Positions 9,874-18,661 of a stretch of 32,000 nt of DNA are shown here, piece after piece. The notes below the pieces were generated by a model. It was not told where the DNA came from and did not search any database. It worked only from the letters and a program-made list of their open reading frames with translations. The number at the start of each line of letters is the position of its first letter. The first letter of the stretch is position 1. The stretch is from Candidatus Methanoperedens sp. (GTDB taxonomy: Archaea; Halobacteriota; Methanosarcinia; Methanosarcinales; Methanoperedenaceae), in assembly GCA_041494705.1 (NCBI GenBank), contig JBGQBI010000005.1, positions 1 through 32,000 on the forward strand, written 5' to 3'. The translations under genes and the position numbers were made by a program.

Positions 9874-11142
9874 TTAAACTTTTCTCGGGTCTTTAATTTC
9901 GCCGTACAGCGCGCTTGCAGCCGCAGTAGCAGGAGATGACAGGTACACAAAAGCATCCGGGCTTCCCTGCCTTCCTTTGAAATTGCGGTTTGAGGTCGAG
10001 AGCCCGACTTCTCCTTTGCCAAGGAGCCCGAAGGACCCGCCCATACACGGTCCGCAGCATGGCGATTCCACGATTGCCCCGGCTTCCATGAACTGCTCGA
10101 CGTATCCTGCGCGAAGGACTTTCATATATTCTGTATGCGATGCAGGAATTACCAGGAGACGCACACCTTTAGCCACTTTTTCGCCGTTCATTATCTTAGC
10201 TACTATTTCAATATCCTCAAACCGCCCGTTGGTGCATGAGCCCACGAACACCTGGTCTATCTTTGTTCCTTCGACCTCTTCAACGGATTTCACGTTATCC
10301 ACGTTGTGCGGGCACGCTACCTGTGGCGGGAGATCGCTTATATCGTATTGTTTAATCTCGGCGAACTCTGCGTCTTCATCGCTCTTCCACTTAGGGTCAA
10401 GTTTGAAACCGGGTATCCTTTCTTTCAGGTATTTCTCAGTTGTTTTATCAGCCTCTACGATACCTGCTTTCCCGCCCATCTCGATAGCCATGTTGCAGAT
10501 GCTCATCCTTCCTGAAATATCCATGTTTCTGACTGTGGAGCCGCAGAATTCCGCTGTCCTGTATCTTGCTCCTTCCACTCCGACATCGCCTATGAGGTGG
10601 AGGATGACATCCTTGGGATAAACGCATCTTGGCAGCTTTCCTTCAACTTCAAACTTCATGGTTTCCGGCACCCGGAACCACAACTTTCCTGTGGCAAAAA
10701 CGAATGCCATATCAGTGCTGCCTATGCCTGTCGAGAAGGCGCCAAGTGCTCCGTAGGCGCATGTGTGGGAGTCAGAGCCGACAATGAGGTCGCCGGGTCT
10801 TACATGCCCTTTTTCCGGCATCACCTGGTGACACACGCCTTCAAAAACATCGTAATTCAGGATGCCCTGCTCCTTTGCGAACTGGCGCAGGAAAATATGG
10901 TTTGCCGCTGCATTTAACGAGTCGGCTGGCACCTGGTGGTCAAAAAGAATAACAATCTTGCTCGGATCCCAAACCTTCTGCTTTTTCTTGCCTTTTATTA
11001 TTTCCCTAAAACCCTCAACAGCAAGCGGACCCGTGATATCATGGGTCATGGCGCAATCTATATTCGCGAGGACGAAATCTCCCGCTTTTACTTTTTTGCC
11101 GCATGCTTTGCTGAAAATCTTTTCCGAGATAGTTTGTGCCAT
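9874..11142 (-). CDS. Aconitase-family dehydratase large subunit (3-isopropylmalate/citramalate isomerase LeuC or homoaconitase HacA)
   Basis: 422 aa. Motifs include [11 protein letters not shown], [29 protein letters not shown] and [13 protein letters not shown] cannot separate the LeuC and HacA paralogs by eye. No small subunit is adjacent. Confidence 0.9.
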   Translation of the reverse strand: MAQTISEKIFSKACGKKVKAGDFVLANIDCAMTHDITGPLAVEGFREIIKGKKKQKVWDPSKIVILFDHQVPADSLNAAANHIFLRQFAKEQGILNYDVFEGVCHQVMPEKGHVRPGDLIVGSDSHTCAYGALGAFSTGIGSTDMAFVFATGKLWFRVPETMKFEVEGKLPRCVYPKDVILHLIGDVGVEGARYRTAEFCGSTVRNMDISGRMSICNMAIEMGGKAGIVEADKTTEKYLKERIPGFKLDPKWKSDEDAEFAEIKQYDISDLPPQVACPHNVDNVKSVEEVEGTKIDQVFVGSCTNGRFEDIEIVAKIMNGEKVAKGVRLLVIPASHTEYMKVLRAGYVEQFMEAGAIVESPCCGPCMGGSFGLLGKGEVGLSTSNRNFKGRQGSPDAFVYLSSPATAAASALYGEIKDPRKV

Positions 11143-11278
11143 GAAGCCTTATTGATAGCGTGGAATTATTTAATCTTTTGGAGATTAGAGCGCTAATAGA
11201 AAAGAGCGCATGTAGAAAAACGGATGATAACATTTTTAAGCAATCTGCCCTATCATTCCAGTTAAATATGGTGGTTCA

Positions 11279-11650
11279 ATGACAGTTGAGATTAAAGCTC
11301 CTGGAAAAATAAAGAAAGGCGGGGTTCTGGAAGGGACTGTAATAATAACTCTTGACAAAGATGTAAAATTCCGTGATGTCATAATTTCATTCGGCAATAC
11401 AATCACTTACCCCAACCCCTGCAAGAAAAATTTTTCAGGCTGGAACCTGGTTTCAGAATCACAACAATACCTGGATAAAGGCGGAAGGCTTCTGAATGCG
11501 ACGATTCCGTTTAAATTCAGTATCCCCGGAGAAGCCCCGCCGTCATACAAAGGAGTACACATCGAAAGCACCTGGCAGGTAAATGTTAAAATCGATATAC
11601 CTTTGTCCTTCGATATTCATGCAGAGAAATGTGTGGAGGTTGAACGGTGA
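11279..11650 (+). CDS. Arrestin / Spo0M-like single beta-sandwich domain protein (first half-gene)
   Basis: The pattern GGVLEGTVIITLDKDVKFRDVIISFGN ... IPGEAPPSYKGVHIESTWQVNVKIDIPLSFD is typical of arrestin-N/Spo0M-type domains. GGTGG precedes the ATG. Confidence 0.5.
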   Translation: MTVEIKAPGKIKKGGVLEGTVIITLDKDVKFRDVIISFGNTITYPNPCKKNFSGWNLVSESQQYLDKGGRLLNATIPFKFSIPGEAPPSYKGVHIESTWQVNVKIDIPLSFDIHAEKCVEVER

Positions 11651-12054
11651 ACATTTTTGAGCCCGGCGGAACCCTTGATATCGGCTTTATGAAAATTTCC
11701 TTTATGCCGGGTGAAACGGTTAAAGGAAGGGTGAAGCTTGTTCTTGACAAACCTGTCAAAGCAAGGCGGCTCCTGATTTCATTGAGAGGAGAAGAATGGG
11801 TTGATGTAAGCTGCGGGAGCGGAAAATCCAGACGGGCGAAGAAAGAAGAAATCAAAATCCATAGTGATGAAATCGAACTATCAGGCGAGAGAGTATATGA
11901 TTTTGTGGAAAAGGATTTTGAATTCAAAATACCGGAAAATGCGCCCCCCACGATAGAAGGAGAAGGAGCCGGATTGCAGTGGTTTGTGCATGCAAAGCTG
12001 GATATACCAATGGGGCGGGATAAAAATGCGAGAGTGGATTTGTTTGTGTATTAG
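11647..12054 (+). CDS. Arrestin / Spo0M-like single beta-sandwich domain protein (second half-gene)
   Basis: PGETVKGRVKLVLDKPVKARRLLISLRGEEW ... IPENAPPTIEGEGAGLQWFVHAKLDIPMGRD repeats the pattern of the upstream gene. The GTG start overlaps the upstream TGA (GTGA). ATG 11689 is an alternative start. Confidence 0.5.
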   Translation: MNIFEPGGTLDIGFMKISFMPGETVKGRVKLVLDKPVKARRLLISLRGEEWVDVSCGSGKSRRAKKEEIKIHSDEIELSGERVYDFVEKDFEFKIPENAPPTIEGEGAGLQWFVHAKLDIPMGRDKNARVDLFVY

Positions 12055-12072
12055 CCTGGTTTGATTACAATC

Positions 12073-12387
12073 TCATGCATACATATAATTGAACTTCGGC
12101 TCCGGTTTTGCAATATCCACGACCTGAAGAGGGACTGTTTTATCCCCTGAAAGGCAGGTCGCCACTATTCCAAGGAAATTTTGTTCAATAAAATTAACTT
12201 CTTCTTTGGTAAGCCCTTTCTTTTCCTGAATTAATTCGCTTTTTTCATCATATACGCACAGCATCCCTTTTTCAGCATCTGTTACAACTTTCCATATCCT
12301 GTCAACAGGTTGAACCCATGCCCAGATTCCCATAGCGAATGCCTCCTGATAGATTTTCGATTTTATGCCGGATTGAGAGCCCCACAT
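12073..12387 (-). CDS. Hypothetical protein (no recognisable domain)
   Basis: The 104-aa ORF does not overlap other genes and lies downstream of a long AT-rich intergenic region. No motif was recognised. Confidence 0.4.
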   Translation of the reverse strand: MWGSQSGIKSKIYQEAFAMGIWAWVQPVDRIWKVVTDAEKGMLCVYDEKSELIQEKKGLTKEEVNFIEQNFLGIVATCLSGDKTVPLQVVDIAKPEPKFNYMYA

Positions 12388-12594
12388 CGTTCCTTTGGAT
12401 TATTTAGTCGCTCTCAAGTTTATCTCTGTTATAGTATCTGTTATTATCTTATTTAAATTTTTCTATTAAAATTTTAATTATCATAATAATTATAAGATAG
12501 ATAATATCGGTGGCAAGCTCTGGATTTCCCCGGTTTTAAAATCCGTCATTTCCCAAATAACCGATCCAGTAAACTACGCTTAAATATCACGCCA

Positions 12595-12638
12595 TGAATA
12601 AAAAAGTACCCGGGAGTCTTTTAACAATCTCTCCCGGG
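12595..12638 (-). terminator. Putative terminator of cdc48 (hairpin plus oligo-T)
   Basis: On the minus strand, just after the cdc48 stop, the stem CCCGGGAG (12638-12631) pairs with CTCCCGGG (12616-12609). TACTTTTTTATT follows it. Confidence 0.35.
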
Positions 12639-12646
12639 GCTGCAGC

Positions 12647-14833
12647 TTACTGGTATATGAAGTTCTCAGATATCTTGGTGTATTTCTCCAGTTCCTTCTT
12701 TGAATACGGTTTTACTTTTACCATGGCGTCCCTGAAATTATGGTAGCCCACTTTCAGTCCCCTGACAGAGTTTTCATCCTCTGTAGGCTTACCCGATGCC
12801 ACATACTCCCTGATGGCAAGTATCGCGGCTTCATTGCACACAGATGCAATGTCCGCCCCTGTGAAACCTTCCGTGTCATCAGCAAGCGTATCAAGGTCAA
12901 CATCGCTGTCAAGCGGGGTTTTGCCGGTGTGGACTTTGAATATCTCAAGCCTTGCGTCCCTGTCAGGCGGCGTGACATAGATAAGCCGGTCAATCCTTCC
13001 GGGTCGGAGAAGCGCAGGGTCTATGATATCTGGCCTGTTCGTTGCTGCAATCACAGTAATGTTGTGCAGCTCTTCAAGCCCGTCGATTTCCGAAAGCAAC
13101 TGGCTGATAACCCTCTCTGTGACATGGGAATCCGAACCCGTCCCGCGTACAGGTGTTATTGAATCAATCTCATCAAAGAAGATGATGCATGGAGATGCCT
13201 GTTTTGCCTTCCTGAAGGTCTCGCGGACCGCTTTTTCGCTTTCGCCAACCCATTTGCTCAGGAATTCCGGGCCTTTTACACTTATGAAATTCGCCTCGCT
13301 CTCGGTAGCGACAGCTTTTGCAAGCATGGTCTTGCCTGTTCCGGGCGGGCCATAAAGCAGGATTCCCTTCGGCGGTTTTGCGCCTGCCTCTTTGAACAAC
13401 ATGGGATATTTCATAGGCCATTCAACCGCTTCTTTTAATTCCTGTTTTGCATCAAGAAGCCCGCCAATGTCGCTCCAGTGGACATTTGGCGTTTCGATGA
13501 ACACCTCGCGAAGCGCCGATGGCGTAATTTCACGCAGGGCATTACCGAAATCCTCCGCAGTCACTGTCATCTTGTTCAGGATATCTGCCGGGATGCTCTG
13601 AACCTCAAGGTCAAGTTCAGGCAGCACACGCCTTATGGAACTCATGGCTGCCTCCCTGGCGAGGGCTGCAATGTCTGCGCCCACGAAGCCGTGAGTGATG
13701 TCGGCAAATTTTTCAAGTTTCACATCATCAGCCAGAGGCATTCCCCTGGTATGGATTTGCAAAATCTCAAAACGCGCTTTCCTGTCCGGGACGCCAATCT
13801 CGATTTCACGGTCAAACCTTCCCGGGCGGCGAAGCGCCGGGTCAATTGCATTTGGCCTGTTCGTGGCGCCTATGACCACGACTTTGCCGCGGGCTTTAAG
13901 ACCGTCCATCACAGCCAGAAGCTGGGCAACCACGCGCCGCTCCACTTCGCCTGTGACTTCCTCTCTTTTCGGGGCGATGCTGTCTATCTCGTCTATCAGT
14001 ATGATGCTGGGCGCATTATCCTCAGCCTGCTGGAATATCTCCCTGAGTTTTTCTTCAGATTCGCCATAGAATTTGCTCATGATTTCAGGCCCGCTGAGGG
14101 TCAGGAAATTCGCGTTAGTTTCTGATGCAAGGGCTTTTGCAAGCATGGTCTTCCCTGTTCCCGGCGGCCCGTGAAGCAGTACACCCTTCGGGGCTTCAAC
14201 CCCGAGGCGTTCAAATAGCTCAGGATGCCGGAGAGGAAGTTCAATCATCTCCCGTACTTTCCTTACTTCATCTCCCAGCCCACCGATATCTTCATACGAG
14301 ACCCTCGGAATTGTGGGCATTTCTTTTGCTGGCTTATCGCTTATCTCTATAGCCGTACCCGAGCCGATTATGACAGAGTCAGCCACGGGTTTTATGGAGA
14401 TGACCACAAGGTCAACGCGGCGTCCCATGATATTCAATTCCACTACATCCCCGCGGGTGATTACCCTTCCTTCAAGGTTATGGGCAAGATATGCCTCACC
14501 GCCCTGGATTTTCAAGGGCTGCGTGGGTGAAAAAAGGATTTTTTCAGCAGGCGCCGTATGTATCTTTCGCACATGCACCTTGTCATCGATGCTAACGCCG
14601 GCATTTCGTCTTACAGTCCCGTCAATGCGTATGAGACCGCTGGTGCTGTCCTCAGGATAACCCGGCCATATTATTGCCGCTGTCCTTTTTGTGCCTTCAA
14701 TACCTATTACATCGCCGGTTTGAAGCCCGAGTTCATAGGCGGCCTCAGGGTCCAATCGCGCAATACCGCGTCCTGCGTCGTATGATTTTGCCTCGATGAC
14801 CTTTAAAGTCACAGCTTTATCTTTTTTATCCAT
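12647..14833 (-). CDS. cdc48: CDC48/VCP/p97-type AAA+ ATPase (N domain plus two AAA modules)
   Basis: 728 aa. It has two Walker A motifs (GPPGTGKT twice) and two Walker B motifs ([16 protein letters not shown]). SRH regions end in PALLRPGR. The N-terminal VAT/CDC48 double-psi barrel start is LKVIEA...GRGIARLD. Confidence 0.95.
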   Translation of the reverse strand: MDKKDKAVTLKVIEAKSYDAGRGIARLDPEAAYELGLQTGDVIGIEGTKRTAAIIWPGYPEDSTSGLIRIDGTVRRNAGVSIDDKVHVRKIHTAPAEKILFSPTQPLKIQGGEAYLAHNLEGRVITRGDVVELNIMGRRVDLVVISIKPVADSVIIGSGTAIEISDKPAKEMPTIPRVSYEDIGGLGDEVRKVREMIELPLRHPELFERLGVEAPKGVLLHGPPGTGKTMLAKALASETNANFLTLSGPEIMSKFYGESEEKLREIFQQAEDNAPSIILIDEIDSIAPKREEVTGEVERRVVAQLLAVMDGLKARGKVVVIGATNRPNAIDPALRRPGRFDREIEIGVPDRKARFEILQIHTRGMPLADDVKLEKFADITHGFVGADIAALAREAAMSSIRRVLPELDLEVQSIPADILNKMTVTAEDFGNALREITPSALREVFIETPNVHWSDIGGLLDAKQELKEAVEWPMKYPMLFKEAGAKPPKGILLYGPPGTGKTMLAKAVATESEANFISVKGPEFLSKWVGESEKAVRETFRKAKQASPCIIFFDEIDSITPVRGTGSDSHVTERVISQLLSEIDGLEELHNITVIAATNRPDIIDPALLRPGRIDRLIYVTPPDRDARLEIFKVHTGKTPLDSDVDLDTLADDTEGFTGADIASVCNEAAILAIREYVASGKPTEDENSVRGLKVGYHNFRDAMVKVKPYSKKELEKYTKISENFIYQ

Positions 14834-14859
14834 AATTATCTATTAAACTCCTGTTATAA

Positions 14860-15384
14860 TTATTCGATTTTGACAGTTTTCCCTTCAGGTTTCCTTCGGC
14901 CTTTGAGTTTGAGAGTAATTTCAAGGACTCCGTTGTTATATTTTGCACCCGCGCTGTCGGGAACGACAGGTGAGGGATTGGTTATTGCCTTAAAGTATTT
15001 CCTGCCATTACTATCCGCTTTAATGACCAGCTGGTTCTCTGTTGCATTGAGTTCGATATCTTCTTTCCGAACTCCAGGCATTTCCACGGTTATGCACAGT
15101 TCTTTATTCTTCTCGTCAATTATGGAACTGGCAAATGGCTCTCTGACATCCTGATCTTTTGGACCGGGAAATCCGCCTATTTGCGGAAGACCATCCTGCC
15201 TTACATTCCCGAAGTGTTCCACGTGCGGGATGCCGTCAGGCCCGACATGCATGCTATATCCGTAAACCAGAGGTTCTTTTCCGGTTTCATGCATCATTTT
15301 CTCCATAAGCTCGTTCATTTCTTCCATTTGCTTCTCGAATTCTTCAAAAATTCCCTTGTCAGTTCTTTTCCATCCTTCGAACAT
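14860..15384 (-). CDS. hsp20: Hsp20 / alpha-crystallin family small heat-shock protein
   Basis: The C-terminal alpha-crystallin domain reads ITVEMPGVRKEDIELNATENQLVIKA ... AKYNNGVLEITLKL. The gene sits between the regulator and cdc48 on the same strand. Confidence 0.9.
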   Translation of the reverse strand: MFEGWKRTDKGIFEEFEKQMEEMNELMEKMMHETGKEPLVYGYSMHVGPDGIPHVEHFGNVRQDGLPQIGGFPGPKDQDVREPFASSIIDEKNKELCITVEMPGVRKEDIELNATENQLVIKADSNGRKYFKAITNPSPVVPDSAGAKYNNGVLEITLKLKGRRKPEGKTVKIE

Positions 15385-15426
15385 ATTTGTACCTCTATTT
15401 TTATTTCTATTTTATTTTTATATACT

Positions 15427-16059
15427 TTAGCCTATACTGTAATTATTTTCATCTTTTTTTATTATATCTTTTCGTTCCATTCTATCCAGGTATTCCTCAA
15501 GCACATATTCAGGAATGCCAAGCTGCATGGATAACACACGCTGGGTCATGGGGCCTTTAAGGAGCGCATAGAGTATTTCAGCCTCAATGTGATCTTCTGC
15601 GACGTCCTCGATGGCGTTCATGCACCGTCCCATAGCCTCGGTGATTCCTGACTGGACTTGCTGGTACTCTTCCATCAGGGAGCGGCGGTGTTCCAGAAGC
15701 CCTTCCACCTCGCTATAAACGGATTTTAACCCTGAGACGGCTTCCTTTGATTCCAGATGGCTACTCGGCGCGTCAATGATGGCGACTGTAGTGGTCTCCA
15801 CTTCAAAGGAGTAAGGCGACACAAATACTTCAAGACGGAGGTTGTCTGTTATATGGAAGTATTTGCGCCGCTGGTCGTCTACGTTGCCTTCAATCAGACC
15901 CGCTTTCTCAAGGAGCAGAAGGTGTCCGAGAACTGCTTTGGCGCCTACGTCCAGCCTTTCTGCAATTTCGCTCATGTAGCAGGGGCGGCTTGCCAGAAGA
16001 TGCAGTATTTTCCTTCGGTTTTCGTTCCCGAGTATGTCCAACAGTTGTGCCGATTCCAT
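15427..16059 (-). CDS. ArsR/TrmB-type winged-helix transcription regulator, HSR1/Phr-like heat-shock regulator candidate
   Basis: The N-terminal wHTH is LDILGNENRRKILHLLASRPCYMSEIAERLDVGAKAVLGHLLLLEKAGLIE. A coiled middle region follows, then a second HTH-like C-terminus. It is the first gene of the regulator-hsp20-cdc48 set. A CTAAC-N5-GTTAG palindrome lies in its promoter. Confidence 0.7.
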   Translation of the reverse strand: MESAQLLDILGNENRRKILHLLASRPCYMSEIAERLDVGAKAVLGHLLLLEKAGLIEGNVDDQRRKYFHITDNLRLEVFVSPYSFEVETTTVAIIDAPSSHLESKEAVSGLKSVYSEVEGLLEHRRSLMEEYQQVQSGITEAMGRCMNAIEDVAEDHIEAEILYALLKGPMTQRVLSMQLGIPEYVLEEYLDRMERKDIIKKDENNYSIG

Positions 16060-16077
16060 ATTTATGTTTCACCCCGA

Positions 16078-16127
16078 GTTAGTGACTTGAGGTTACTAAC
16101 CTTAAGTTAGTGATGATGGTATATATA
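16078..16127 (-). promoter_or_regulatory. Heat-shock operon promoter: TATA-like box plus HSR1-type operator
   Basis: TATATATA lies at 16120-16127, 61-68 nt upstream of ATG 16059. The palindrome TTACTAAC-cttaa-GTTAGTGA spans 16093-16113 and contains CTAAC-N5-GTTAG at 16096-16110. A third half-site GTTAGTGA is at 16078-16085. With usual archaeal TATA-TSS spacing, the palindrome falls where the TSS is expected. Confidence 0.5.
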
Positions 16128-16133
16128 GGTTAC

Positions 16134-16207
16134 TCCATGATTAGCTTTGCACCTAAAGTACCATTTTTAAGCGACTTTAGGTGCAGACAATGGACTTTAG
16201 GTGCAGA
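16134..16207. repeat. Left repeat node: 9-bp flanking duplication, 17-bp TIR and two subterminal 15-mers
   Basis: TCCATGATT is at 16134-16142 and AGCTTTGCACCTAAAGT at 16143-16159. GACTTTAGGTGCAGA occurs at 16173-16187 and 16193-16207, a 20-bp period. TGCACCTAAAGT (16148-16159) and ACTTTAGGTGCA (16174-16185) form a perfect 12-bp inverted repeat. Confidence 0.9.
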
Positions 16208-16278
16208 TGTTTTTGATAGTAGATGGATAGAAGTATCATATTATAGCCTTGTGCAATTAATATGGCGTTGGTGAAAAT

Positions 16279-16830
16279 ATGAAAGATTACACAAAAAGTT
16301 GCGATGGATGCATTCGCTCTCAAGGAAAGGACACGGTTCAGGGAGGAATCGTTGAATTAAAAGGCGATTGGATACTTAATCATATTAGTGGCGAAGGAGG
16401 ATTTCTTGGATGGGTGATATTGCAACCTCGTTATCATCGGATGGGGTTAGCAGACCTTGAATCTGACGAATTGAGCTTCTTGGGTGAAAACATTCAGAAG
16501 ATTGATATAGCCTTGGAAAGCTATTGGAATGAATATTTCGAAAATGATTCACTTGAGCGAGTATATGTGACCTACTTTTTTGAATCTGCTTATGATAAAC
16601 CAAATCCAGAAAAATTTCACTTACATATTCATCTAATTCCTCGCCCTATAAGTTTTGACAAATTACTGAGAGAATGTGTGCCTAATTCGAATAATAAATC
16701 ATATATCAATGCATGGAAAATCTACACACTTCCAAAATACAAGAATTTTCCTCCTGAGTACGTCAAAACTAAAGAGAATGTGACAAATCTCATGGAATAT
16801 CTTAGAGATATTCTGCAATGCGTTGATTAG
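16279..16830 (+). CDS. HIT (histidine triad) superfamily hydrolase-like protein
   Basis: The histidine triad is HLHIHLIPR. An N-terminal CDGC motif and GWVILQPRYH (a nucleotide-binding-loop-like stretch) are also present. The last 29 nt overlap the convergent transposase 3' end. Confidence 0.6.
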   Translation: MKDYTKSCDGCIRSQGKDTVQGGIVELKGDWILNHISGEGGFLGWVILQPRYHRMGLADLESDELSFLGENIQKIDIALESYWNEYFENDSLERVYVTYFFESAYDKPNPEKFHLHIHLIPRPISFDKLLRECVPNSNNKSYINAWKIYTLPKYKNFPPEYVKTKENVTNLMEYLRDILQCVD

Positions 16831-18037
16831 GTTTAAGAATTGAAAGGTTTTGAGTGCAGAAGTCGGGCTTTATGCCCAACTCATGCATCTCATGTATCAG
16901 GACTATGATGTTGTGCGCTATCAGCTTGCAGAGTAACTCATTTTTCTGAGCTATGAAATTCTTGGATTTCAGTTTATCCCCAAGCTTCGCTTTTATCATG
17001 TTAAAGGTACTTTCTACATTGCTTCTCTTGTGGTAGTGATTCCAAAAATCCTCTTGGTTAAGCTGGAAATACAGAAACATCTTCCACCATAGCGCACTGC
17101 CTCTACTCTTGCCTGTTGCATTGCTCTTGAATGGGATATATGCCGTTCCCCCAACCTGTGCAACCGCTTCAAGGTTATCCCTGCTTGAATATGCCTTGTC
17201 GGCGGTCATTTCCTTGATGTTAAAACCGTTCTGTGCCGTTGCCATGACAAGCGGTGCGAACTGCGGGCTGTCTGCACTATCCCCATCTGTTATTTCTGCG
17301 CTGGCTATCACATTGGTTTTTACACCTACGGAGATATGAGCCTTAAGCCATTTATGCTGCCTCTTAAGGTCATATTTCTGATTTGCATACTCATTATAGC
17401 TTGTAGTCCTGAATCCTGAGCTATCAATGGCAAATGAATCTTCAACAACTGCAAGGGGCTGGGCAGAAATACCTACCAGCTTGTGCAACATAGGAGTTAT
17501 GTCCTCTTTATTGAACATCTTACTTACGGTATTGAAATGCGGGGCATGTTTTATCTGTTCCCTCTCAACCGCATTGCCGAATAATGATGCAGCCCTTCGG
17601 CTCGAAAGCTGAGAATAGACTTTCTGGACTGAACAGAATATCGTTTCCCTCATGCTCAAGCGTGGTCTCCCGAAATCCTGCGGAGGTTCTTCTACACTTT
17701 CTACTAAATCCTTTAGCAGTTCATCAAACAACTTTATTTCGCTTGTTTGAGCCTTGTTATAGACTTCCCATGCCTGTTTATAGGTTAAGCGTACTTTTGT
17801 TTCTTCTGTGCCGATGGGTGTTTCTTTTAAAATTTGCAAGTAGTAGCGTAAAGCGTGGGCGTGCTTGCATGTGGTTTTGTGGTATTCCGCATCTGGGCAG
17901 TTGCATGTAAATTTCTCATCTACGAAATACACCTTATCGCTTGATTGCGATGGCACTAACCAGATATGTCTTTTCCCATCATATCTTATTTTCTTAGTCT
18001 GTACGATTTCTTTTCCTTTTATTTCTCTTGTATCCAT
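16802..18037 (-). CDS. DDE transposase (IS4/IS5 superfamily, DDE_Tnp_1 type) with N-terminal SWIM zinc finger
   Basis: The SWIM finger CxCxnCxH is FTCNCPDAEYHKTTCKHAH. DDE candidates are AIDSSGF, TADKAYSS and SNVESTF, with the signature Y-2-R-3-E-6-K (YHKRSNVESTFNMIKAK). I use ATG 18037, preceded by AAGGAGGA, rather than the track start at 18100. Confidence 0.85.
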   Translation of the reverse strand: MDTREIKGKEIVQTKKIRYDGKRHIWLVPSQSSDKVYFVDEKFTCNCPDAEYHKTTCKHAHALRYYLQILKETPIGTEETKVRLTYKQAWEVYNKAQTSEIKLFDELLKDLVESVEEPPQDFGRPRLSMRETIFCSVQKVYSQLSSRRAASLFGNAVEREQIKHAPHFNTVSKMFNKEDITPMLHKLVGISAQPLAVVEDSFAIDSSGFRTTSYNEYANQKYDLKRQHKWLKAHISVGVKTNVIASAEITDGDSADSPQFAPLVMATAQNGFNIKEMTADKAYSSRDNLEAVAQVGGTAYIPFKSNATGKSRGSALWWKMFLYFQLNQEDFWNHYHKRSNVESTFNMIKAKLGDKLKSKNFIAQKNELLCKLIAHNIIVLIHEMHELGIKPDFCTQNLSILKPNQRIAEYL

Positions 18038-18070
18038 GTTTGTTTCCTCCTTAGTGGATGATATTCTAAT

Positions 18071-18190
18071 CTGTCGTACGATAGATTGTTTTAAAAGCAT
18101 ATAAACTTTACTATAAATCGTACGACAGGGTATCTTTATATATTAAATCGTACAATTTAATAATGTAAATGCCCGAAAAAACCGTACGAA
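18071..18190. promoter_or_regulatory. Divergent promoter region with repeated TCGTACGA palindromes
   Basis: CTGTCGTACGAT (18071-18082) and ATCGTACGACAG (18117-18128) form a perfect 12-bp inverted repeat. TAAATCGTAC is repeated at 18114-18123 and 18144-18153. CGTACGA recurs at 18184-18190. TTTATATA (18135-18142) lies ~27 nt upstream of ATG 18169, which implies a near-leaderless mRNA. Confidence 0.4.
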
Positions 18191-18465
18191 AGAAAAAAGA
18201 GAAGCCTGTGCCTTTGGATTATTCCAAACTACCGAATGAATTAGAGGACATAGTTGCCGAGCCACTATCAGATTTAGCGGAAAAAGAAGCGAACATTAAC
18301 TATGACGGTAAACAATACTTGGTTCGGTTTCCGAACGATATAGCCAATGCTATCGGTATTAAGAAAGGAGACAAAATTAAATTCAGAGTTGTACTGCCAT
18401 CTCCCAAAACAAATCAGCAAGAGGAGATAGATATTAAATATGTAAGGAGTGAAAAGCGTGAATAG
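18169..18465 (+). CDS. AbrB/SpoVT (swapped-hairpin)-like small DNA-binding protein
   Basis: The C-terminal YLVRFPNDIANAIGIKKGDKIKFRV matches the AbrB/MazE-type motif (x-IP-x-x-I-x-x-x-x-G-I-K-x-G-D-x-hydrophobic). It is the first gene of the coupled operon. Confidence 0.5.
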   Translation: MPEKTVRKKKEKPVPLDYSKLPNELEDIVAEPLSDLAEKEANINYDGKQYLVRFPNDIANAIGIKKGDKIKFRVVLPSPKTNQQEEIDIKYVRSEKRE

Positions 18466-18661
18466 CAAATTCACATCAAACGAAAAGCGAATAGTCAATC
18501 TCCTATACGTAGCTCGGAGACCTTTGACAACAAAACAGGTTTCAGAAAAATTGGGCATAGCTTGGCAGACCGCAAAAGATAACCTCACGAGCTTACGTAA
18601 AAATGGTTATGTAAACATGGAGGAGAGAGGCAATAGGACTAATTGGTGGCTGAGGATATGA
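18458..18661 (+). CDS. Small winged-helix (MarR/ArsR-like) DNA-binding protein
   Basis: NEKRIVNLLYVARRPLTTKQVSEKLGIAWQTAKDNLTSLRKNGYV is a classic wHTH. GTG 18458 is preceded by AAGGAGTGA (the track start is GTG 18449). The gene overlaps the upstream stop. Confidence 0.6.
   Translation: MNSKFTSNEKRIVNLLYVARRPLTTKQVSEKLGIAWQTAKDNLTSLRKNGYVNMEERGNRTNWWLRI

Noticed and set aside
9873-10022. The track gives the aminopeptidase ORF (8937..10022) a 50-aa N-terminal extension.
   Set aside because: The extension lies entirely inside the conserved 3' end of the leuC/hacA gene in another frame. ATG 9872 gives a normal M29 N-terminus directly after the upstream stop.
12390-12600. The AT-rich 250-bp spacer contains imperfect inverted repeats (TATTATCTTAT ... 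ATAAGATAGATAATA). I considered it as a possible replication origin or regulatory element.
   Set aside because: - The sequence is low-complexity and AT-rich.
- The repeat needs a 4-nt gap.
- No ORB-like or iteron pattern is present and no cdc6/orc1 gene is nearby.

It is probably just the promoter region of the 12073..12387 ORF.
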